Assembly (NCBI RefSeq): GCF_001447785.1
Contig: NW_015161419.1
Span: 6,327 to 70,326 of the forward strand
Direction of reading: 5' to 3'
DNA length: 64,000 nucleotides
Origin: Gekko japonicus
Taxonomy: Eukaryota
Shown here piece after piece: positions 39,769 through 51,181 of this stretch (the stretch's first letter is position 1; the number at the start of each line of letters is the position of its first letter). The notes below the pieces were generated by a model that saw nothing but the letters and a program-made list of their open reading frames with translations, had not been told where the DNA came from and made no database searches. The translations under genes and the position numbers were made by a program.

Positions 39769-41784
39769 CCGTACTGGGATTCAGGAGTACTGAGAAATAC
39801 CAGGGTTTTTTTTGGGGGGGGGTTCTATTTATCCAAACCCAAAAAATACTTATTTTTTTTTGCACACCCCTAAAATAGAGTCTGTTGTGCTGCCACCCAC
39901 CCATCTGCATACTCAGGTTGCAGTATGACAAGTCTAGGCAACAGAAATTTTTACATCTCTTTCCTAAGTACCTCACAAATTCAGGAGACCACTTAACGTT
40001 TCAGCTTTTTTTAAAAATGTGATAACTATACATTAGGGATAATGGTGTCTGTACACTTCATGCCTTTCAAAAGCTGGGAGACGCTTGTGGTAACACAATG
40101 GAATTCATGTCAGCCCTATGCTGAAAGTATTAATTTGTAGACAATTGAAACATCTGTCTTAGCTTTCTTGGAAAAGCAGCTGGAGATTTGATGTAACTGA
40201 ATGCCCCCCACGGCTAGGCTGGGTTTATTGTAGTCTCAGTTATCAGATAGTCTTTGAATAAGTGCATGGGAGGGAGCTGGAGAACTGCTAGTATTGTGAG
40301 TGATTTAAGGGAAAGGTAACTGAACACCATGTATTGTTTAGCAGTTATGGATAGGATGTAGTTGTATTTAGATAGTATGTTTTCATTGCCTTTATGATTC
40401 GGATATTCGTTGTGCTTTAATTTCTGTATACCTGTTTTAGTACTATAGATGTAAAAATCCTATCTTACTATTAAGGAAAACCTGAATACTTTCCAAATTA
40501 CTCATTAAATTCATCAGATGAATCTTGCCATGTATTGTGGATCTTGTAAGGTAGTATAAAATAGCTTTTTATCTGCCACTAAATTCAGTTTACTGGCAGA
40601 TATATAATTTGAGAAGATGTAGTCAGATTACTGAATGTAATTGGTATATAGAATGTCAGGATATAGTATATCAAAATGAATTTCTTAAGCCAACATTCTG
40701 CTTTAGCACAGCAACATTATTTGGTTTGGAGAGGAGATGTTGGCGCTGTTGCTTTGAGCATGAAGGCATTTTGTTAGGAGAGATGCTGTGACTATTTTAT
40801 CTGTGAACTGAAATAAATAAATAAACTAGCGTTTTTTGGCCAGGGACACTGATGCTAGTATACTGTTCAGAACGAGACATTGCGTCTGGGCAAAATTACT
40901 TATCAAACTGAAGATACTTTTTCATCCCAGTCATTTCAGCCAAACTAGGACATTCAGTAAATGTCAATATAGCAGGAAAGTAAGTTAAATGTCACTTGAA
41001 AGAGGCACGTATGCATAAATTTGTCAGGTACTCTAAAAGCTTTTATAGGTAACATGACTAAAGACCTCTCCTTGTTATCAGTCTCTAGTGATAAATGAGT
41101 GAATGATGATTACATTAAATTATCCAGGAGATTTTATTGGTTGCCTACTTGTTTATGTAAAACACCCAGCAATGATAAGTAGTAAAGACAGAGGGCTTCT
41201 GTTTTATTCAGCCACTCTTGGAAACTCAATCAGATTAGAAAAAGTTTGAGAAGCAGGTAGTTATAATTATCAATTTAATAAAAGTAACTTAATAGAGGTT
41301 ACTATTTATACATGCCACAATTCATATAAGCAAAAAATATTTTGAAATTTCAGTTCTGCTGAATTTAATTCTGTCAATAAAAGAGCATATAGTACTTACC
41401 TAATATGAGAATTATGTACTGATCTTCAGAACAGAAGCAGTGGAGATTTTCTTCTCCCTCAATACTTAAAACTACAAAAAGACTGGGAGCTGGGGGAAAT
41501 TTGCAGAAAATAGAAAATTGTCCACTAATATTTCCTCCCTTACTGGGCAGTATATAGGTTTTTTTGAGTGAAATGCAAAATAGTATAATTAGTTTTACAC
41601 TTCTGGTTCCCTGAGATGAAAATTAAAAATGTAGAATTTTTTAGACATTAATTTCTTTCAGGTAAAGAAAATGCGTACCTGCGTATCCAAGAAAGCAGCA
41701 TTAGTGTCTTCATATGTTGTTATATTGGTTCCTAGCTGACAGTTTTTTGTATAAGTTAATGTTTGGCTCAGCTCAGGGCATGCT

Positions 41785-43050
41785 TATTTACCTTTTTGAT
41801 TTATACCCCGTCCTCCCCATGGAGGCAGGCTCAGGGTGGCTTACCAGGCCCATTGGCATCATAAAACAATAAAAACAAAATCATAAAAACAATTCAGAGG
41901 TGCAACATATATAAGATGGCAAAAGACTGTCCTATTGGCCACATGGTGTCTGGCTCCTTAGCGCATAGTTCTTTAATATAGGCACAAATGTTAAAGCAGG
42001 CGGCCAAGAGTGGATTGTAGGGAATAGTTACACAGTAAATGTTAAGCCATTTAATGTGACATCTCACTGAAACGCTTGGTGGAAGAGCTCTGTCTGCGAA
42101 ATTTGGATAGATTCCACAGGGCCCAAAGTGGAGCCACCACCAAGAAAGCCCTAGCCCTGGTTGTAGACAGCCTGGCATCTTTCAGGCTGGGAAGACAAGG
42201 AGATTTTTGTGAACCTGACATAAAGTTGCCAAGTGCCACTTACAGTTTAGCGGGGGAGTCCCGGCCGCTGGCCTGGAGATCCTTGGTGCACGTGCAAAGA
42301 CAACACTACCCGGAAGTGACGTCATCGTGTCGCGCATGTTGGGGGAGGGGCCACAATCATCCGGCCACCCGGAAGTGACGACATCGTGTCGCGCATGTTG
42401 GGGGAGGGGCAACAATCATCCGAGGGGAAAACATAGAGTTTTCCCTCGGATGATAGAGCATCCCCCTGCAACGTGCCCAACATGATTATGTCACCTCCGG
42501 GTGATGTGTTCACGCTGGGCACATTGTGCGCTTTGGGGGTGGGGTTCCCCCACTGGCGGGGAACGTGCCTATCGGGTGGGGGTTTCCCCACTCCCCGGGG
42601 GGACTTGGCAACTCTAACCTGACAGCAGTACTCTCTGGGGAACATACGGGGAAAGGCGGTCCCTCAGGTATGCAGCCCTCTGGCCATATAGGGATTTATA
42701 GGTAAGAACCAGCACCTTGAAGCGAACCCAGCATGCTATAAGTAGCCAGTGAACTGCTTTCAGCACAGGCTGAATGTGCTCCCTAAGAGGGAGACCCAAT
42801 AACGGCCTGGCCGCCATATTCACTAGCTGTAGCTTCCGGATTTGGGACAAGGGCAGCCCCATGTAGAGAGCATTGCAGTAGTCTAGTCTTGAGGTGACCA
42901 TTGCATGGATCACTGTTGCCAGGTCATCACATTCGAGGAAGGGAACCAACTTCCGAATTAGCCAAAGATGGTAAAATGCCGACTTGGCAGTGGCTCCTAC
43001 CGGGGCCTCCATAGTTAAAGAGACAGTCAAGAGTACTCCCAAGCTCCTAC
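41785..43050 (-). mobile_element. L2 LINE 3' fragment, interrupted by a hAT MITE
   Basis: ORF 42614-43042 reads AFYHLWLIRKL...LATVIHAMVTSRLDYCNALYMGLP (L2 ORF2 C-terminus) and continues RARAFLVVAP.LWN after the MITE. L2-type 3' end at ~41785-41845. Confidence 0.88.
42221..42616. mobile_element. hAT (Blackjack-type TIR) MITE
   Basis: TIRs taaagttgccaagt / acttggcaactcta; perfect 8-bp TSD acctgaca (42213-42220, 42617-42624). Confidence 0.9.
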
Positions 43051-43105
43051 CCTCCTTATTTTAATTTACAGTTAGGCAGATTGTGTTCAGTGTTCGGAAA
43101 AAAGT

Positions 43106-43238
43106 GCACACTGTGATCATATGGGATTTCTTTAAAATAAATAGAAGATTAAAAGAAGTAGAACATAACCGGAAAAAGAGCACACTGCGATCATATGGGA
43201 TTTCTTTAAAATAGAAGATTAAAAGAAGTAGAACATAA
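43106..43238. repeat. ~60-bp tandem duplication
   Basis: gcacactgYgatcatatgggatttctttaaaata...gaagattaaaagaagtagaacataa occurs twice. Confidence 0.9.
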
Positions 43239-43737
43239 AAATAAATACTGTTTTCTTTCAGTCTTCCTAAAGTCTTGTGTTATGAGTATATTAACAGTAT
43301 GGAGCATTTGATTTGTCAGAGGGAATGTATTGACTAATACTGAACTTTACTTCATTGTAGGTAAAGCTGCTTCCATTCGTAAGAATGCTCCTTTAGTCTG
43401 GCACTCCGCTAAGTGGAATGATATAGTACAAAACAGCATATGTATGTATATAATGGTGACATAATAGTGCAAAATAAACACAAAAAAGTACTGACTATAT
43501 TAGTATTTCTGGAATTTCCCAGGGTCTAAGCATTTGTAGAAATCTTTTTTGTTGTAAAATTATAACTGTTAAAGGCATGACAAATCATTAGATTATCTGT
43601 TTGTAGTAGCTGTTCCATAACTATTGCAACCATCAAGCTCTCTCTTTTAATCCAAGAGTGATCATGTTACTATGGTGTTAAGGCTCTTTTCGAGGTGTGA
43701 CAAAAAAGGGGGGTGGGAACTGAACCTAGAAACCTGG

Positions 43738-44284
43738 GATCCAGAACCTGAAAAGGTTAGTCAAATAGAAATGAGGGCCAACAACACTGGTAATAATTTC
43801 TGGTCCAGAAAGGGCCTTCCTATGATTGTTTAGCCAAAGTGTCCTCAGTAGAATTGTCCTTAGGCAAAGACCAGAAATTATTACCAGTGAAACACTACTT
43901 GGCATGTGGTTGCATCTTTGGAGGCCTCATTTGTACTTTTATTCTGTGCCTAGTGGTTTCATTTTGGAACAATTTTCATCTGGTCCTTCTTGTATTTATA
44001 TTTTATAACTGTATGATTGTACTGTACTATTATATAAGCCAATATGTTCCTCACTATGTTTGACCTCTGAAGAAGGCCTATACAGGCCGAAACACGTTAG
44101 GTCAAGTCCATTAGCCGTTGTGTGTTAGAGATTCTGGTATTTTTACATGAGGTGTGATTGGGCCCTTATATATTTTTAAATTCTTTGTTAATAAATACAT
44201 GTATCATTTTATAGACTATAGATACATTAAGCTTTTATTGTTAGCCCTATTTTCTATTTGACTAACCTTTTCAGGTTCAGGATC
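43738..44284 (+). mobile_element. Penelope-like pseudo-LTR remnant with inverted termini
   Basis: ~47-bp inverted repeats at 43738-43784 / 44238-44284; inner 21-bp inverted repeat at 43785-43805 / 43829-43849; hammerhead motif followed by AATAAA. Confidence 0.7.
44060..44105 (+). ncRNA. Minimal type I hammerhead ribozyme motif (Penelope-type)
   Basis: Stem I ttgacct/aggtcaa; CUGAAGA core; stem II ggcct-atac-aggcc; GAAA; minimal stem III AC-ac-GU; GUU triplet at 44096-44098. Confidence 0.75.
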
Positions 44285-46103
44285 TTTTCAAGGTATGCCT
44301 TTGCCTGTGTCCAATTTTAAATTAATTTATTTGGGGAATAAAACTGTATTAATCCAGTGGTGATCTAATTACCTCTAGCCAGTTTTACGTGACATCATCA
44401 CTGAAGTCTTCATGTATGTTTTCTTCGTGAAGTCTTCGTGTGTGTTTGATGAACTCTACCTGAATGTCTTTAAGTATCCTCATTAATCATTTTATTTTCC
44501 TCAAAAATCCTTGAGACTAGAGAAGAACAGTGAATTATATTATTATTGCTGTCATGTTTATATGGGTCGACTGAATCTTTCCCACTTTCATCTCCTCTCC
44601 TCTCCTGAAGCTGAGACATACCTTGTTCTTTTTTGTGGATGGGCCATGTGAGTCCAGGGCTGATAACTTCTGTCTGCATATGTTAATGTTGTTTTGTTGA
44701 TGCTGAAGCTATTCAAAGGACTTACATTTATACATGTAATGTCCCTTAATTTTGCCAACAAAGTACTTGAGAAAGGATAACCAAATATAAATTTTGGATC
44801 AAATATAATGTGTCAGAATGCACAATGGTATCTGTAAATAGAAATAATTCCTATAAAGGTGACTGAAATAGTAGTTTGTGCGGATGTCTGTTATCTTACA
44901 GGAAACATCAAAGTGAAGTTCAAGAATGCTCCATCCTGCTGAGTGCTTGGGTGTGGTTTTTTTCTTTTCCTTGTTTCTTGGTTAATTATTTGATAACTGA
45001 CAAATCCATCAAAACAGGAAAGCTTGTCTTTAGACAATAAAGTATCTTTGACTAAAATGTAAATCTCCATGCTTGGAGCCCCTTTTCAGAGCATCTCAAT
45101 TATTCTATCTCTCCTTTTTCAAATTCTTCCTTAAAATCCACTTAGTGTCAAGCTATGTGTAAGAGAAAGATGAAATAGGGCGGTGGTGGTTATATTTTAA
45201 CATTAATTCTATTCAGATATTTTTTTCCAACAGTGAGTTGAGTGCATAGGTGAGGGAGGGGAAATGCTGCTGAACCCCTCACCTCCATCTTCTGAAGCAG
45301 TTTCCTCCCAGCCCTGCTTACTTTTGGTATCAGAAGAGGGCTTGTCTCAAGGGATTGAATGCCATGAGGTTAGACGGAGCAGGAGGGTTAAGCTCCCTTC
45401 ATCCATGTGCAGTGTTTTTAATGTTGAGTTGGAAGATGCATGAATAAATGCCATAATTCTTCCATCACATCTAGCTTGACTATTAGCCTCTGTCTACTTG
45501 GCAAGTGGCTGTTGAGTAATGAACAATGTCATGATCAGCCCCCCCCCCCCAGCTGCAGTATTCAGAGGTATATCATGGCTACATGACACAACACTACTCT
45601 CTGAAAATGACATGAGTTTGGATCATTCAGCAATGAGGTCCTTTGTTTAAAACACTTTATTTCAGACATGTAATTGGTTCTTGGAGAATGATCCTGGAGA
45701 GCAGAATTATTTACATTGTATTAATAACATATTTTGGATTTAACAATACAGTATTAACTCATCACATTATACCTTTCTAGTATTTTCACTTTTATCCAGT
45801 CTTATTTTAGTTAACCACATTTAAAAACTAGATGTCAGTTTGTTTTGCCTTGGGCTCACAAGTGACAGTGTTTTCCATGATTTTAAATGTTGTGAATTAA
45901 AGCATTTCTTTTTGGATGCTGATCACTTGTCTAAAACGATGACTAATCAGTGAACACTTCAGTGTCATGAAACATTTTGCAAAATTAAAAGCCATTTGGA
46001 CTTAAAGAGAAAGAGAGCTTCTATTTTAAAAGGCAGAAAAGGTTGTCTTTTTGTTTAACCCTTAAAGGAGATGAGCCAGAGCTCACACGTAGTACATGCA
46101 TTA

Positions 46104-46385
46104 TCTATATATCTGTTTTTCAAGCGTGAGCAGATCTGCAGTCATCTCAATCTGTGGATGTGGCCCACAATGACAGAAAGGAGATCTTTCTCCAAACCTG
46201 CACAGCTGACACAGTCAGCTGCTGGGGGCCCTGCTGCCAATGCGGCAGTTGAAGAGGAGGTCAACATAAGGAGGGGAAAAAGTGATAGGGTGGAAGATTA
46301 TTTGAAAACAGGTGAAAGGGAAGGAAGCAAAGGCAGGGGGAATGGGATACACTCTCTCTGCAAGTTTCTCGCGGGTCCCCACTTG
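46104..46385 (+). mobile_element. Short complete non-autonomous Helitron-like element
   Basis: A|TCTATATATC 5' end; 3' hairpin (ctgcaag-ttt-ctcgcgg) + tcccca-CTTG|T; lies between A and T with no TSD. Confidence 0.65.
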
Positions 46386-46891
46386 TATATTATAATAGCA
46401 AAAGTGTGTTCCCATCTGCAGATATCTAAATGTGTGGATCAGGGCCACACAGAAAGACACAGATAACTCTGAAGACTTGGAGGGCCCCCTAAGTTTGCAG
46501 AAAAACCTAAAACTAAAAATAAATTCAGGGTTTTAATCTCTCCCCAAACAAAAGTGTTGTCTGAGCAAGTGCAGACAACACTTTTACCAACTCCTTCTCT
46601 GTCGGTGGGCATGGTGGGGGGGTGGAAGGAAGCCTCCCTGGGCCCAGCTGTGCTGGGCACACCTCTGAAAGTGGTGATGGTGCTGAGGGAGGTGGGGGGG
46701 GGAAGCCTCAGTGGGCACACTGGGAGTTGCACCAGGCTCGCTGCTGAGTGCATCAATGGAGAGGAGTGAAAGAAGCCGCATAGGGCCCTGTGATGGTGGT
46801 GGTAGGTAACCAGGAGCTGCAGCAGGCAGTGGTGGGATAGAAGAAGAGGGGGATGGGATTCCCCCTGCGAGTATCATGGGGACCCACTGTG
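46386..46891 (+). mobile_element. Second, older Helitron-like element abutting the first head-to-tail
   Basis: 5' tatattataatagcaaaag...tgcagata...tttgcagaaaaacctaaaa resembles the 5' regions at 57212 (-) and 55885 (-). Degenerate 3' end cctgcgagtatcatggggacccactgt. Confidence 0.5.
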
Positions 46892-47880
46892 CTTATAGAA
46901 TACTAAGGGTTCAGACCCCAGGATATGTGTTGAAAGTACATCTGGGAGCAGCAGTGGTAAAAATCTCTTGAGAACGTGGAGAGCAGCTGAGGGAAATGAT
47001 CTGACATTGCACCAGACAACTCTTTCTAAAATAAAAACAGACATGACTGATAAAGAGTAGGGGACTTCTTCCTTTAAGAAACAAAAGTTCTGTGCTTGTT
47101 AAAAGGATCAGCATCTTCTTAGTAATCTACAAATGAGCTGAAAATGTTGCCATTTTCTCCGGGTAACAGACACAATGGGAATTAATGCATCTCCTTGGTG
47201 GCTTTCAGTGGATTTCTACAGCACCCAAAATAATTATTGACCAAAAATGCTAGCCCAGTGTAAAAGCTCTGATTTGGCGAATTTCCAGTTCTTAAAAGCA
47301 TCAGTTACGTCTGTACAAACTTGATGTATGTCCTAAAATGCTCTCTTTTCCATTTTAGAAACAATCAATATAATGAATGATGTATAAAAGCGTAACACAA
47401 AAAAACAAAAAAACCCAGATGGTTACCCTGAGTGTTTAAACTGGAAAACCTAAAATCTTTTTTCTTTCTGCTCTACTGAGTCTGCACATTTCCCCCCAAT
47501 TTAGTTCCAAATGGCATTCCTCTTTACAAATAAAATATTACCTGTATTCAGTCTTTCTAGCAGTTCTTTCCAAGAGTGAGTTTTCTATTATGCTAAGGAA
47601 AGAGTTCTTTTTTCAAAAGCAAGTTATGACACTAGATAGTCGGTTTATGGGATAATTAGTAATCAGAATTAAGGAATAATCTCTTTCCCCCACTGAAAAA
47701 AAGTATTGTGTGATTTAACGCAAAATTCTATAGTATTGAGATATTCTTAGATATGTGTCAGTCTTCTCCTCCTTCCATTTTCCTTCTTTTGCTGGACTGA
47801 TAGTGCAGTCCTAAGCAGAGGTACGACTTTCTAAGTCCGCTGATATCAATAAGTGTAGAAGGGTAGAACTCTGCTTTATG

Positions 47881-48995
47881 CAGGGCCGGCTCGCCCGCTA
47901 GGCAAACTAGGTGCTCGCCTAGGGCGCACCGGCCCTCAGGGGCGCCAAAGTGCGCCCCGCCCCCCAAAGCTCCCCCCAACCCGGCGATCGCCGCCGCCAA
48001 TGACGGCTGGCGAGGAGCAGAGGAGGGAAGCGCTGGGGGTTGCACCCTCAGCCTCAGGCCCCCGCAGCAGCCGAGCCCCCTCCCACTGCACGAGTGTGTG
48101 AGGCGCCGCCCAGGGTCGCGGCCGGCCGGGCTCCGCTTCCTCCGGGGCCGGACGTCGCCGGGGCAGGCTCGGCTGGCTGGCCCCGACGGGGGGAGGGTCG
48201 GAAAGGGGGTCTCTCTGCCAGCCCCCAGTCCCTTCCTGAGTGCGGCACTCCCGCCAGAAGGAGGAGGAGGCAGCATCAGGCTTGCTTGAGCGGCCCCGCC
48301 TGGAGAGGGTCTGCCTGGGCCAGCCTCCGGCCTTCTCCTTCTGCGGCCTGGCCAGCCACCTTCCCCTTGGGGTCGCCTCCTGGCTATGGGATTCCGAGGA
48401 GAGGCCTCTTCTTCTCCTCCCTGAGTCTGCAAAGCCACCTGCCTTGGGCCCCCCACCCCTTTAGTCCCTGTTGTGGTCTGTGTGTGTGCCGCTCCGTGCC
48501 GCCCAGCCCCGCTGCCCCTTTCTAATGCAGATGCACGGAGACACAGACAGACAGTCCAATGACCCCCCAGGAATCCCCAGCCTCCAGTCGCGACAATCGA
48601 CTGAAGGCAGGCTTGGATGGGGCGCCAGAGGAGGGCTGGTGGGCATGAGCACCTGAAACTGACAAGGTCAGGAAGGCAAGAGCCACCAGGGAGGGATAGA
48701 AGTGGAGCCCCAAACTTCTGCTCCCTCGAGCCAGCCCCTGGCGTGGGCTGGCGATCCAGGGCCCGCTGCGCGGCCCAGCTAGGAGGCTCCCCGCCCGGGC
48801 CCGACAGGGTGTGCACGAATGTGTGTGTGCCGCTCCGTGCCGCCCCGCCCCCGAGCCAGCCCTGCTGCACCTCCCCCGTCCTCCCCCTCCCCCCTGGAGG
48901 GGAGGAGGAGGCGGCAGCAAACGGTTCTTCCGGCCCCATCGGGAGGTTGGCAACTGCGCCTGCCTAGGGCACAGAAGCACCTCGAGCCGGCCCTG
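47881..48995. mobile_element. Young non-autonomous hAT (Tip100-type TIR) element, CpG-rich
   Basis: Perfect 13-bp TIR cagggccggctcg / cgagccggccctg; perfect 8-bp TSD gctttatg (47873-47880, 48996-49003). It is inserted in an older palindromic MITE starting at ~47803. Confidence 0.93.
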
Positions 48996-50873
48996 GCTTT
49001 ATGTTTCATTGTTTGTCACTTTTCCCTCTTGATCTAAAATAGTATTAGAAAGCATTGATAGACAACAGAATTATGCTTTGGTGGGTAAACATCTGGCCCT
49101 GAGAATAAAGGTGAATGAAAGGAAAAGCAAGTGTGCTCACTCAACTTGCTGACAGGCCACTTAGACACTAGCAAACCAAAGCCCAACCACTAGTGCAAGA
49201 TTACCTTTTCCAAGGAGTCCTCAAGTGAAATCAGTTGCTTATTGAGTGTATATTCCTCTGCTTTCCTTTAACAAAAGACTTCTCAAGGATTCATATGTGG
49301 TCCAAAGATCACCAGTTGCTGATCTTTATGTTAGACATTCCTGTTTGCTACCCCTTTTCAGGGAGATTTTCTGTGGTACCTTGAAGAAGTGTATTTATTA
49401 GCTTAGAGTAACATATAATAAAACTTCACTTTATGTACCATAAAATGTTTTAATTACATGTCACATTTAAGATTTGGTTTTTGCAATGACTTTACAGAGA
49501 TGAACACTAATACAATATGCAGGGACTAGTTAAGTTTGTGTTCAAGCTCTCCACAAAAGTTCTGTTGTTGAAGTTGCCATAAAAGGTTATTAATTTCATC
49601 TCTTGCATCTACTATATTTTATAAACCTTTCAGCAGAAACCGCAATATCAAAGCAGTAGGTAATTATTGTTTGGCTGGGTTGAGATCTATTCAAGAGCTC
49701 ATGCAGCTTTAAATTGTGGTCGTATGTTCATAATTATGAAGTCCTCTGCGGAAAATAAAAGAATCTACTGCAGGGGTCCTTTCTGAGAGTTATTAGGGAA
49801 TGTGAGCACTCGCTGTGAGGCTGAATTTCTAGTTCTATATCTTTTTGTCATGATCTTTTGTATCCAAACAGAATAATTAATTAGTTCATCTTCTCATATA
49901 CATTCATTGCCTTTCTGTTTAGGGTCACAAATTGTAATGTTTTTAAAGAGCTATTAGGTCTCTATTTTTGTTCAGTTTTTATTTTACTTCCTGTTCAAGC
50001 TGTTCGGATAGGATTCTTTTCCCTCAAGCTTATTAGCCAAGTATGCGGTGGGTATGCCCTGGGTTAATATTCATTCAGTGCTAGAGTGCAGTAGAGGAAA
50101 GCTTCAATTATTAGAATATTTTTAGCATGTACCATTTTGCATATTGTTCATCCCTGCTGGGGGTGTTAAAATATAATGTGCATTTGGCCACTTCTCTGTA
50201 AGTGGTCATCAGGATATGACCCCATGGAAATGAATTCACCACAAGCAATCTATTTAAAAGAACTATAACTTATATTATGACACTTTGTTGTGCGTGCTCA
50301 CAGCTGGGTTATACGAGATAGTTTTAAAACCTGTTTGCTTCTCTGTACAAATCTGAAGTTCATAATTTTACTGGGATGAAGTAATTGTCACTGATTTGAG
50401 ACGCAGAGAGTGCTAACAGTATCCCTTGGTATAATAGCATGCCTACATGAAGGCATAGTTATTTCCCCTGAAACCTGTAAGAGAGCCCAAATATTGTCCA
50501 TTTTTCACGATATATCCAAATTATGGATTTCCCCCCTTCGTTTACTGCAGTTTCTGACAAAAAGCAGTGACATTGATTGCTTGGGTTTGAAATTGGGTCT
50601 TTTCTAAGGATAAGAAAAGAGATGTACACATACTCCTATTCTCTTGCCCCTGTTGTTCATTTCTAGGGCCTTTCTCTACATATAAAAGAATGAGGTGGTA
50701 GAATCCTGAAGTGGGAAGTTGGATTAAGCCACTTCAGGTTGCAGATAAGGGATACTTCTTTTAGTGACCCCTCATGTCAAAACCAGCACTTCAGAAAGAA
50801 AGTGTTCTAGCCTAGCCCACTCTTCAGTGTGCTAGTTTTGTACTTACAGCAAGTCTTTCATGGAGGGGAATAT

Positions 50874-50990
50874 AAAACAGGAGCCCAATGGTACTCTAGA
50901 GATTAATAAAACACAGCCCACCATAAGCTTTTGTGAGTCAGAGCTCACTTTGTTAGTCTCTAAAGTGCCATTGGATTTCTGTTTTATTTT
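50874..50990. mobile_element. Penelope-derived inverted-repeat remnant
   Basis: aaaacagga.cccaatggtactctagagattaa / ttagtctctaaagtgccattggatttctgtttt. Confidence 0.6.
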
Positions 50991-51181
50991 CACGCATGGG
51001 AATATTTAAAAATATCTGCCCCGCTCCCCAAAAGGTCTGTTCTGTCATCTTATTTCCATCTTACTGTGTTGCATACATAGATATCATCTGCAGGAGCCAA
51101 AGTTCATTATGTGTTTGTTAAACTGGAGCAGAGACTCAGGTGAACTTCATGCCAATTCCTTTCATGTGTCTTGGGAATGGC

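Noticed and set aside
47758-49037. 393-aa ORF and other long GC-rich ORFs as a novel gene or promoter CpG island
   Set aside because: They lie almost entirely within a TIR/TSD-bounded hAT element. Stop codons are scarce in all frames because of the high GC content, and there is no recognisable domain.
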